Source: Rebecca billardiae RCC1528 (Eukaryota; Protista; Haptophyta). From it: a DNA stretch of 64,000 bases. Shown one piece after another: positions 44,095 through 54,427 of the stretch (position 1 is its first letter; the number at the start of each line of letters is the position of its first letter). Both the position numbers and the translations under genes were made by a program. The notes below the pieces were generated by a model, which was not told where the DNA came from, searched no databases, and worked only from the letters and a program-made list of their open reading frames with translations. The stretch covers positions 558,001 through 622,000 of the forward strand of contig OZ251235.1 in the NCBI GenBank assembly GCA_965240325.2, given 5' to 3'.

Positions 44095-45418
44095 ATGCGC
44101 GACGAGATCGCGGCGGGGGCGGCGAGATCGCGGCGGGGGCGACGGGCAACAACCTGCCCGCGGGCGCGTTCGTCACTCGAGGAGCAGCGCGCAAGGGCGA
44201 GCCGAGTCCGGAGCACGCGAGCTCGTCGCTCGCCGACCGGAGCAGAGCGCGCCGCCCGCCGCCGCCGAGCGAGCGGCGCGGCAGAGCTGATGAGCCGGAT
44301 GCGCCCGGAGCTCGCGCGGCTGAAGGGCGAGCTCGAGCACGCGAGCTCGCGCCTCGACGCCGAGCCCGAGCTCCTCCTCAACTCAGTCGACGGCGGCCCG
44401 GAGCAGAGCGCGCCGCTGCGAGCGAGCGGGCAGCGCGGCAGAGCTGATGAGCCGGATGCGCCCGGAGCTCGCGCGGCTGAAGGGCGAGCTCGAGCACGCG
44501 AGCTCGCGCCTCGACGCCGAGCGCGAGCTCCTCCTCAACTCGGTCGACGGCGGCGCGGAGGTGCAGCAGCGTGAGGACGAGCAGGAGCATCAGTGAAACG
44601 CGCGCCGGTTCCGGGTCGCGCAGCGGCGCCCAGCTGCCTGCCACGCGAGCGGCGGCCACGTGGCGCGAGGAGGCTGCGTGGGGAAATCGCCGCGCGCGTC
44701 GACGCGGCGATCACCGGGCTGCAGGCCTCGGCAATCGACGCGGTGCGCACCCTCGCCGCCAGCCGCGACGACTCCGCCGTCGAGCTGCAGCAGCTGCGCG
44801 CGCAGATGCCAGAAGTGCCGATGGGCGGCGGCGTATCAGCAGGCTGACGTGCACGAGCACGTGACACGCGGAGGCGCTAGGCGCCAAGCTGGCGAAGTGC
44901 GGCGCCGAGCTCGACGAGCTGAGCGACGCGGCAACGGACGCGCTGGGCGCCCGCGCCGCCATCGTCGCGGCGCCCTCCAGCAGCTCGAGCAGCTGTGGAT
45001 AGTTGGCTGTCGAGGCGACCGCGGGTGTGACTCACAGTGTGAGTGAGCCGGCGCGCGGCTCAGCCTGCCGCTGGCAGCCGCCGTCTTCGAGGCCGACGCG
45101 GCGGAGGAGGCGGCGGGCGAGCACGGCGGCGCGGTGGAGCAGGCGCGCACGCGCGGCGGCAGGCGCGACGCGCCGCTCGCCTCGTTCCACCGCCCCGAGC
45201 TCCGCTCGGTCGGTCTCGGTGCGAGGCTGCGCAGCCGGCAGGCCGGGGCCAGCAGTGGCGCGCGCTCTCGCTCTGCCGGCACGAGCGACCAGCGGCCCGT
45301 CGTCGAGCGCATGGCGCAGGGCGAGTACCTCAAGCAGGTGCGCCCGCTCGCGCGCACGCGCCGGCTCGCGCCGCGCCAGCGCCTCTCGCCCTGCCTGCGC
45401 GCGCGCGCCGGCCGCTAG
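44095..45418 (+). pseudogene. Fragmented coiled-coil coding sequence with an internal ~160-bp tandem duplication (44240-44560)
   Basis: Protein-like pieces in different frames (AELMSRMRPELARLKGELEHASSRLDAE twice; EIAARVDAAITGLQASAIDAVRTLAAS; PVVERMAQGEYLKQVR). No continuous ORF. Confidence 0.5.
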
Positions 45419-46451
45419 TCCCCGCGGCGGCCCGCGGACCCGCGGCGACAGTCCTCGGCCCGCCGGCCCGGTGGGCGGCAGTGACTGAGTTGGCGGTGGC
45501 AGCTCAGGCGAACTGTTACACATGTCAGACTGAGACAGCAGCCGACGGAGGGTGCGCCGCGGGCCCCGAACTACGTTCGTTCTACGGAAAAAGACCGCGG
45601 AACGCGGTCATATATATATCATCGATCATATTACTGCTTATTGACACTGTGCGGCGCTCCACGATGAGCTGGGACGGACGGAGTCGACGAGTAGTGAGTA
45701 CATGCATTACAAAGTACGTCAATGCTGACTCCAACGCCAACGGGATAACGCGGTCGGGACTCTCCCGTCTCCGGGGCGTCTCCGGCAGGGTTGACGCCTG
45801 ACGCCCGCGTGTCATCACGAAAATTATATATATAATATAATAATAGTAATAATAAAGAACGGCGCGCGGTCAGCATCGGTTAGTATACCGCACGTGCTCG
45901 TCGGGAAGGAGTCACTAGGTATGTCGTCATTTCGATCCCAGACGAGGAGCGAGCCACGAGGGACCGCGCCGGTCCGAAGTCGGATGAACAGGGTGTTTAC
46001 GGTGCTCATCAGTTCCCGGATGCCACCTTGCGCGGAGTGACTCAGTTGGCCGTCGGGCGCCGCCGAGACTCGAGTGGCGGGCGCCGCCTCTCCCCACCCC
46101 CGCTGCCGAGCCCAAGACGGCGGCGGGGTGGCGCTGTTGGCCTACATAGTACATACACATAACACAGTCGCGAGCAGCAGCGCAGAATAGATATGCGGCA
46201 GCATTTACGCCGGGCATGAGTGGACCTGCCCACCCTTCATCTTCTAGTTCTTTCCTCCGGCTGGGGCTCGATCAGTCGACGCGGCGTCGCTCGCCTCAGC
46301 GCAGCGCAGGCAGGTGGTTGGCGCGGCTGCACTGTCGAGGCGGCTGATTCAATGCAAGTGCAGCACCTTCCCCGAGTCAAGGGAGTCACTCCCTTGCCCG
46401 AGTTGGTGCAGAGCGCGCCAGGGGCGTTCCCCGCACGAGTCATACTACTAC

Positions 46452-47386
46452 GCCAATATAAAAACTCACGCGCGAAAACAAAGCGCGGGAAAATGAAAGC
46501 GCGCTTCGCCAGGGCGCGCTGGCCTCAAGGGGCGCTTGGCGCGCGCGCGGCGCGGCGCGCTGCATCCGTCGAGTTGCCGTGCGAAGGCGGCGCGTTGCTT
46601 GCGTGGCATCGGAACACAGCCATGCTCCGCACTGCGCCCCGCAGCTCGCTCCTCGTCGACTTTGCCGCGCCTACGATCAGCGCGTATGCGAGCCTCGCCT
46701 CGGAATGAGCAGCCCGCGCCGGCCTCAGCCGTGAGCGCCCGCCTGGCGCGCGATGCGATCAACTCACGGCACGAGCTGCGGCTGAGCGAGGAAGCATGTG
46801 CCTGCGCGCCAAATGTCGCGGTGCCCTTGACAGGACTCCTCATCAGAGCAACGACTCAGGCATGGCATGACGGCAGCTTCGCGCGCAGGCGATGCATATA
46901 GATGTACAAGAGTCGCTGCGCGCACACGCAACCCGAAGACTCCTATTCATCGCTTCAGGGCGCTCACGGTATCGACAGCCGTCTGAAGCTGCATCAACGC
47001 GCACGATCGATGTCTCTAGGCGGCGTGGCTTGCGCGCAGGCACCTGCCTCCTCGCTCAGCCGCAGCTCGTGCCCCGAGTTGATCGCATCGCGCGCCAGGC
47101 GGGCGCTCACGGCTGAGGCCGGCGCGGGCTGCTCATTCCGAGGCGACGCTCGCATACGCGCTGATCGTAGGCGCGGCAAAGTCGACGAGGAGCGAGCTGC
47201 GGGGCGCAGTGCGGAGCATGGCTGTGTTCCGATGCCACGCAAGCAACGCGCCGCCTTCGCACGGCAACTCGACGGATGCAGCGCGCCGCGCCGCGCGCGC
47301 GCCAAGCGCCCCTTGAGGCCAGCGCGCCCTGGCGAAGCGCGCTTTCATTTTCCGCCCGCGCTTTGTTTTCGCGCGTTGATATTTGC
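46452..47386. mobile_element. Non-autonomous foldback/MULE-like element with ~340-bp inverted arms
   Basis: 46468-46809 is the near-perfect reverse complement of 47032-47376, with a 222-bp spacer. Termini GCCAATAT / ATATTTGC. Flanks TCATAC[TACT]AC and TCATACAC resemble a target-site duplication. Confidence 0.85.
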
Positions 47387-47400
47387 TCATACACGTCGAA

Positions 47401-47463
47401 TACTCAGTTTACTAAGAATAATAAGAGACGCACACAGCTCAGGCAGGCGAGATTGACGCCCGC
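47401..47463 (+). mobile_element. Dispersed repeat copy C (short)
   Basis: TACTCAGTTTACTAAGAATAATAAGAGACGCACACAGCTCAGGCAGGCGAGATTGACGCCCGC. Confidence 0.7.
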
Positions 47464-48061
47464 ACCCACTTCGGTCAGGATGATCAATATTGATTAATAT
47501 GATCGCTCATTCAACCCGCCACACTTTGATCCACACATACAACGTCATCTACTCATCTGATCACACTTGACGAAATATTATCATTGGCCGTCGGAGCTTT
47601 TCAACCACTCGCGTTGCACGTCGAGCTGCAAATAGCACACTTTAATCATCAAGGTCTTTAATCACACTGGGGCTCCATACTATGAGGATACGGTTAAAGC
47701 AGGGTTGAAACTCACAGCCGTACGGAATCCTTGGGAATCCGCAGTGGTTCCAGAGTCGTGCGTGCGAGTGCGTGCGAGCAAGCAAAAAGTGTGCAGCGCA
47801 GAACGGCTGTCTTGCTGGCTAATACAACGGAGTCCATTGGCTAATAGGTGGTTGATGGTTGATATCATGCGAGGCGGTACCTTCAACCGTCGTGATCTGA
47901 ATCCCCCGGGGGCTTGCCGCAGAGGCAGGTGGGCAGGGGTGCGTCGACATCCCAGCATTCCACATGCCGCGGGCGACCTGCCGTGATTGATGGTCAGGTC
48001 CAGACCACCCGTGTGGCTCGCCAGCGCGGGCCGCCGCCAGAGCCGCGGGGGGGCACGCGGC

Positions 48062-51000
48062 ATGCGCATGCCGCCGTCGGCGTTGCTCGCCGGACTCCTC
48101 TTCGCCGCATGCGCGCACGCGCAGCTGCTCCTCTCCAATCCGAGCACGGTGCTCGAGAGCATGCCGGTGGAAGCGCCCGCCGCGCACTTCTCCACGAGCG
48201 AGCACTTCCGCATCGACGGCGCCCCATTGGTGCTCTCGCCGCAGTCCGATTGGTCGCTGCACGCCTGCCCGCCCGTCTACCTCGGCGCGCAGCCGCTCGC
48301 GGGCGCCATCGTCATCCTCCACGCGCTGACGAGTTTGTACATCGGCCCGTGCAGCATCGAGCAGTACGCGCGTGCGGTTGCGCGCGAGGGCGCCGCGGCG
48401 ATCGGCGTCTTCGACGCGGGCGCGCTCAAGTTCGACCCGGTTCCGGGCTTCTGGGTCAAGTACTGGGTGCGCGGGGACTCGCGCGACTTCCGCGACCCGC
48501 CTACCGTGCACCTCACGCAGCAGGCAGCGATGCCGCTCATCGCCTCGCTGCAGCGGCAGGGTCCGCTCCGCGCGTCGCTCTCGCCGACGCCGTCGGCGTG
48601 GACCGCGCTGGGAGCGAGCTGGACGTGGGCGCTGACGAAGGCTGTGCGCGTCTTTGCGAACCTCGCCTGCCTCGAGCTCGGCGCGTGCCGGCTGTACGCG
48701 TTTGCACGCGTCGACGGTGGCCCACAGCTGAGCGCGGCCCACTCGGTGCTGGCCGTCAACCTGGTGCTGGGCGCGCTGCGCATCGTGCACATCGTCGTCG
48801 ACAACCGCTTCACGGGGCTGATGCCGCTGCACTTCGACTTCGTGCTCAACGGGCTGATCGTCGTGCTGGGCGCGAGCGGCATCGCGCTCTTCCTGCTGCA
48901 CTTCCTGACCGCGGCGGGCGTGGCGGGCGTGGCATCGCAGCGGCTCACGCGGCAGCTCAGCATCGTGCTCGTGCTCTTCATCGTGGCGATCGCCTCGTTC
49001 GACGTGCTCTCGTCCAGCCTGATGTGGCAGCGCAACGCCTACGAGCTGCTCACGTTCAAGGGTGAGCACGCCGCGCGCCGCGCCTGCGGTGACCCACCTG
49101 CGCGCGCGCGCGCGCTCCCGCGTGCGCACGCACCACCGCGCGGGCAGCTGCTCACACCTCGCGGCGCGGCGTGCCCGCGCGCTCTCTGCCCCCGCGCCTC
49201 CCCGCGTCCAGCCGCGAGCAACTACGCCGTCGTGCCCTGCGTCCTCCTCGCCCTCACGATGCTCATCGAGCGGCGCGCGAGCGTGCTCACGCGCCAGCTG
49301 CCGCCGCCGCCGCTCATCGCGCGGCTCGTGCGCAAGCTGCGCCTCCTCATCCTGCTCAGCATCGGCTCGGTGCTCGCGGGCGTGTTCATGCTGTGGGCGT
49401 TCTACAAGCCATGGCGCACGCTCGTCGGCTTCGTCGCGCAGGAGCTGCTCGGATGCACCATCGCGTACCTGGTGATCGACGCCTTCCACGCGGCCGGGCG
49501 GCCGTCGGCGCGCGGGCCGATCAAGCGCGCGATCGACCTCGTCGTCGTCGGCGTGGCCAAGGCGGCGCAGCGCGCGGGCGAGCGGCGCGAGAGGCAGCGC
49601 GTGAGCCCGGCGGGCGGCCCGGCGCGCGCCGCGATCTGCCGCGGCGACGCGTCGGCGGTGGTCTCGGTGCTCCCCGGCCGCGTCGCGTCGGCGGAGGAGG
49701 TGCTCAACCGCACGCCGGTCGACACGCACGGCGTGCCGCCTCACCTGCTGCTCGGCGTCTCGCCGCGCTTCATCCGCGAGTTCTGCTCGGCGCTGCCCAA
49801 CGTGGGCGAGCAGACGTCGTCGTACGACATCTGCGCGGAGGTCTCGCGCGTCACGAGCTCGCGCGGCTGCTCCCTCGCCGAGTCGCTGTGCTCCACGCGC
49901 ACGTTCGACGGCCGGCCGACTGTGGGCGAAGCCAACCTGTTCATCTCCCACGCGCACTCGTGCTCGTGGCTCAAGATGATGCGCGCAGTCGACGCGTTCA
50001 TCGAGCTGTACGGGCTCGACCCGACGCAGACCTTTCTCTGTGCGCGCCGCGCGCGCGCGCTCGCGCCGCGTGCGTCGCCGCCCGCGTGCGAGCGCGTGCG
50101 CGCGCGTGCCGCGCCGTGCCGCGCGGCCCCCGAGCCTGACCGCCCGGCGCCGCGCCGCCGCCCTCACGCGATGCGCAGGGCTGGACATCTTTTGCCTGCG
50201 ACAGTCGAGGCAGTCGGAGGAGGTGGTCTTCATCCCGGAGATCGAGGCGCGGGTCGCCTACGTCGTGCTGGTCCTCGACCCGTGGGACGCGCCGGTCTGC
50301 CTCACGCGCGCCTGGTGGTGCGCGCCCCGCGCCGCGCCCCGCCCCGCCCAGGGCCTAGCCGCCGTGGACGCGCCCCCGGCCAGCTGCGCCGTCGAGGTCC
50401 GTGCGCTTATGAATGCTATCGCCCCGCGCGCGGCCCACCCTCTCTCGCGCGCGCGTGCTCACCCCGCCTGCAGCCTCTACGAGATCATGCAAGTCATCGG
50501 CGTGGCCGACGACGACGATTTCCTCGGTGACAGCTCTCGGCGCGAGACGAGCGAGCGGCGCTCGACGAGCGAGAGAGAGGGCGAGGTGCACGGCACGCTG
50601 GCGTCCGCGTCGAGCGGCGTCGACCCGAGCGTGCGGGTCGAGCACGGCCTGCGCAGGTCGGAGCAGCCCAGGTCCTCCAGACCGTCAGCCATGTTGCGCA
50701 CCCTCACCGGCTTGGAGCGGAGCGGCGTCAAGTCGGCGAGGCGCCGCTCCAAGACCCACGCTGCAGAGCCCTCGGGCGTCGAGCTGGCCACGGCCGCGCA
50801 GCAGGGCGCGCAGCCGGGCGCGCAGGAGGCCGACGGCTCGATCAGGGCGACGGCGCAAAGCGAGGACGATGTCGGGCCCGGCGCCGCAGGCGCGAGCGCT
50901 CATCGGGAGGACCGGCGGCCGCAGCTCACCCTCACCGTCGCTCCCGACGAGCGCGCTCGCTTCATCGCAGCGCTCCGCGACAACCGCAAGTTTGTCGAGG

Positions 51001-51206
51001 CGGGCCTCACGTCCTTTGACGTGCGCAGAGCGAATGTGCTCGACGAGGGCGACAAGCGCCGGCTGCTCGAGCACATCGCGGTGCTCTTCGGCAGCCACGC
51101 GGAGCCAGACGAGGACCCCGTCGAGGTGGGCGTGTCCGTGTTCAACTACCAGACGCAGAAAGCCATCATTCGAGCGCTCGCAGCTGTGAGCTGGCACGTT
51201 GTATGA
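48062..51206 (+). CDS. Signal peptide + PA-like ectodomain + 7TM + cytosolic TIR/HET-like domain; join(48062..49061,49212..50039,50179..50317,50474..51206)
   Basis: Three GT-AG introns give 2700 nt (899 aa). PA-like GAIVIL..CSIEQYARAVAREGAAAIGV, seven hydrophobic segments, then LFISHAH, FLWLDIFCLRQ, VVLVLDPW, LTRAWCLYEI. Confidence 0.75.
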
Positions 51207-51668
51207 CATTTGTTTGATTGAATCTTGCATGCGCTGCCGCTGATCACAGCTGCTGACTGAGCAGTGCGGTGTCGGCCCGTCGGGTCACACTCTGACACAC
51301 TGTCACTGACGGTGACCGCACTGCGCACACCGCGCCAGTGTGCTGTCGTGACATGCTCAGTCACTGATAGTCCGAACGTTATTAATAATAATAATGCTCG
51401 GGTGACAGCCAACTCACTAATGTCAAATACTGCTGCGATATGGCTCAGTATGTATATATATATATGTGTGTAACAGCAGGTGCTGCCGCTGGTCATCATT
51501 GAGTAGGCACGCGAGAATTCAATGGGCCGGCTGAGCCTGAGAGTCCCGGCCGCCGCGCCCGGGGCCGGGGGTCGGGGCCGGACCGCGGGCAGTGCCCAGT
51601 CGCCGCATCAGCACCGCGACGAGTTATTAATACGGATATGCAGCGCATGCATGACGACGTCGACGAGA

Positions 51669-52484
51669 CTAGCAGGCAGCGGCGCCGAGCAGGGTAGTCT
51701 TTCTCCGCCGAGAGCCTGGTGCACGCGCCCGACGCCGCAGCAGCAACCGCTCGGCAAGGGCCATGCGGAGCGAGGCGCGCCGGGACAGGCCGCGGCGCCT
51801 CCGCAGCACTCCCCTGTCAAGGACAGGGACGTGACCGGGAAACGCGGCGGCTACGCGAGCCTGCGCCTTCGGCGCACGCCCCTCGTGCTGCTTCGTGTGG
51901 CGCGGCCGAGCGCAGCCCGAGCGCACTGCGGAGCCACCCGTGCTCGCGCCACACTCAAACACCCAGGTGAGCTCGCTGACCGGCTTGGGTGAAAAGTCAT
52001 CCACAAACTGGGTGCGCGCGCTTTTCGGCGCCGTGAGGTCCACCAGTGCCAGCTGCGCCTTCAGCTCGCCTCGCACACGGAGTTCGGTACGGTGCAGGTG
52101 GCGGGCGTCGTCCGCGTCGGTGTGATGCTCGCTGTCGTCGTCGGCATCACCGGCATGCGCCTGCTCCGCGGCCTCCGCACGCTCGCGGGCGAGCCGAATG
52201 AGATAGTGCTCATGCGCTCGCGACACGCGCATCGTGTGACCTCGCCAGCGGACCCCATGATACGTGCGGATCGCAAGATCGACCTTGTCGTCGTCTGCGG
52301 GGGCAACGGACACATACCCGAAGCCACGTGAGGCAGAGAGCTCGTCGTAGAATCCTCTGTCGTCCAGCGGCACTTCGCGAACGATCACGACATCGGTGAC
52401 ATCCCCGAACGGCGCGAAGCGCGCCGCGAGCTCCTCGCGTGTCGTCTGCGGTGCGAGGCCTGAGATGTGTAGCCGTGTCGCCAT
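51669..52484 (-). CDS. RRM protein resembling the nucleolar protein 8 (NOL8) N-terminus
   Basis: RNP2 RLHISGL, RFAPFGDV, RNP1 RGFGYV, YHGVRWRGHTMRVSRAHEHYLIRLARER. Confidence 0.75.
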   Translation of the reverse strand: MATRLHISGLAPQTTREELAARFAPFGDVTDVVIVREVPLDDRGFYDELSASRGFGYVSVAPADDDKVDLAIRTYHGVRWRGHTMRVSRAHEHYLIRLARERAEAAEQAHAGDADDDSEHHTDADDARHLHRTELRVRGELKAQLALVDLTAPKSARTQFVDDFSPKPVSELTWVFECGASTGGSAVRSGCARPRHTKQHEGRAPKAQARVAAAFPGHVPVLDRGVLRRRRGLSRRASLRMALAERLLLRRRARAPGSRRRKTTLLGAAAC

Positions 52485-52636
52485 TCTGTTGCGGACGACG
52501 ATGCGCCTCGTCGAGGTGCGCGCGCTCGGCAGTCGCCACTGCGGCAGGAGAGGAGACTGCGGCGGCGCAGGGCACGCGTGCGCCGTGCGTGCGCCGTGTG
52601 CAGCTGCAGCGGTCAGTGCGGGTGACGAACGATAAT

Positions 52637-52695
52637 GCCTGAGCTGTACATTGAACATGTGCGTCTCTTATTCTGATGAGTAAACTAAAACTGTA
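52637..52695 (-). mobile_element. Dispersed repeat copy E (short, with insertions)
   Basis: Reverse complement reads TACAGTTTTAGTTTACTCATCAGAATAAGAGACGCACA[TGTTCAATGT]ACAGCTCAGGC. Confidence 0.6.
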
Positions 52696-52860
52696 CTGTC
52701 TGACACATCGACATTACCTGAGGGCCAGGCCTTCTGTGTGATAAGCTACCCCAGTCATGCCGCTTGATACACGCCTTCCCCAACCGACAGTGGGGCTCCA
52801 CATTCCATACTACTACATCCTGTCGGCGCGCCGTCGCATCGGCGCCCAGTCGGAGAGTTC

Positions 52861-53085
52861 GGACGACGACGTTTTGTGGACGACGGTGGGGCGAGGACGA
52901 CGGGCGCTGGCGCGCCGCGAGGCGGCCGCAGCCCTCATCCAGGCCTCGCAGGCGGACGGCTGAACGAACCCATTCCGACGGCGCTACGATCGGCGACGGC
53001 GTGATGGGCGGTGACAGTTGGCGGGCGTCAATCTCGCCTGCCTGAGCTGTGTGCGTCTCTTATTCCAGATGAGTAAACGACTGTA
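52861..53085 (-). mobile_element. Dispersed repeat copy D
   Basis: Reverse complement aligns to copy A over its length and ends ...GTAAACGACTG|TA. Confidence 0.7.
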
Positions 53086-53765
53086 TGCCTATGGGGTGCA
53101 ACTGTCGATGGGCGCGATTCTGAAGCCGGTCTCAGTCGCCGTCGGATTTATTACTGTTATTACAGATTGGTTCGTCTGGTTCCCATCCATGTGGGTTACT
53201 TTGCGGCCCCGCCGCGGACGTCACGGAGGGCTGGCGGCGAGATCCGCGGCGGTGCACGTCGTGCCCCCGAGCTAACCGCCGAGCCCCAGCCTGGGGCTGG
53301 CGACGCCCTGGCGTCGCCCGACTCGTCCAACGAGGCGAGTGAGACTGAGAGGCGTCGCGCGCCGAGGGGCGGGTGAGGCCGGGGGGGGGGGCGCCTGGTG
53401 CGTTGGCGCCATCGATTTATTGGACGTTTCTTTTATGGGATTTCTGTCGCATCAATCAGATTCTGTGTTGTGCGACGAAATAAAAGCGAGGGGAGAATTA
53501 TCGGGAACGACGAGGTTATTTTGATGGGCATATTTATTATTACACGTATTTTGGCCGCCGTTTGCCCGTTAATATCACGTATGATCGATGAGCGCATTGT
53601 TCTCTGCTGTCGACCACTACTCCAGGCTAGTCTCTGGGCATCAGCATGGACATGAGACATGTCAGTCTCATATTGCCTCTTGGTCTTGCCGGACACGGCC
53701 GCCGGCGCCGGTTTATTCCCCTACGACATACGGCCTGGCAGCCTGAGCCGCCGCCTATACTGCGC

Positions 53766-53766
<1 letters not shown>

Positions 53767-53846
<80 letters not shown>

Positions 53847-53847
53847 T

Positions 53848-53907
<60 letters not shown>

Positions 53908-54135
53908 ACTAGTAAGAGACTAGAGAGAGAGGGAGGGAGACGGCGGAGAGAGCAGAGTGAGAGTAGCGTACTGCTAGAGACTCATCTAGTCACTAGAGCA
54001 GAGAGATCGAGAGAGCGCTAGAGAGTAGAGAGAGAGAGAGAGACGAGAGACTACTAGATAGAGAGTGAGTCTCACTCACTGACGACGACTGACTGGCATC
54101 AGTAGTCGTACTCGGTAGAGCCAGAGAGAGAGAGT
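53767..54135 (+). repeat. (GA)n microsatellite, nearly pure for ~140 bp then progressively interrupted
   Basis: Direct reading: GA runs 53767-53905 with one TCCTC break, then GA interspersed with CT/CTA/GTA/TC. Confidence 0.95.
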
Positions 54136-54427
54136 AGCACTTCGGTCCGGATTCGGTGTGAGAGAGCCAGAGAATAGAAATAGATCGAGACTCTTCATCA
54201 GACGAGTAGTCAGAGACTGGAGAGGTCGTTACCGTGACACGGTAGCAGTCCTATACGACGACATCTGACGCACACTACTACACATACGTATATACAGTAT
54301 ATGTCGTCAACTTCAACTGTACAAGAAGTGCCTTCGCACGAGGTCGCTGATGCCTGCCCGCCGCGTCAGCCTCGTCCGATTACGCGCGAATGATTCAGTC
54401 TGCGGTCAGCCACTGCTGTCCGAACGG

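Noticed and set aside
47594-47890. GGTTGAAA / TTCAACC motifs as possible MITE TIRs
   Set aside because: Matches are short and imperfect, and no TSD was found.
52672-52695. CTGATGAG resembling a hammerhead ribozyme core
   Set aside because: No stem II or GAAA follows, and the motif is not conserved in other copies of the repeat.
32739-53759. TATAGGCGGC... at 32739 and its reverse complement at 53750 as ends of one large element
   Set aside because: Only about 10 bp of clean identity, 21 kb apart and enclosing housekeeping genes; at most separate relics.
53659-54021. ORF encoding a long (RE)n repeat
   Set aside because: It is a translation of the GA microsatellite.
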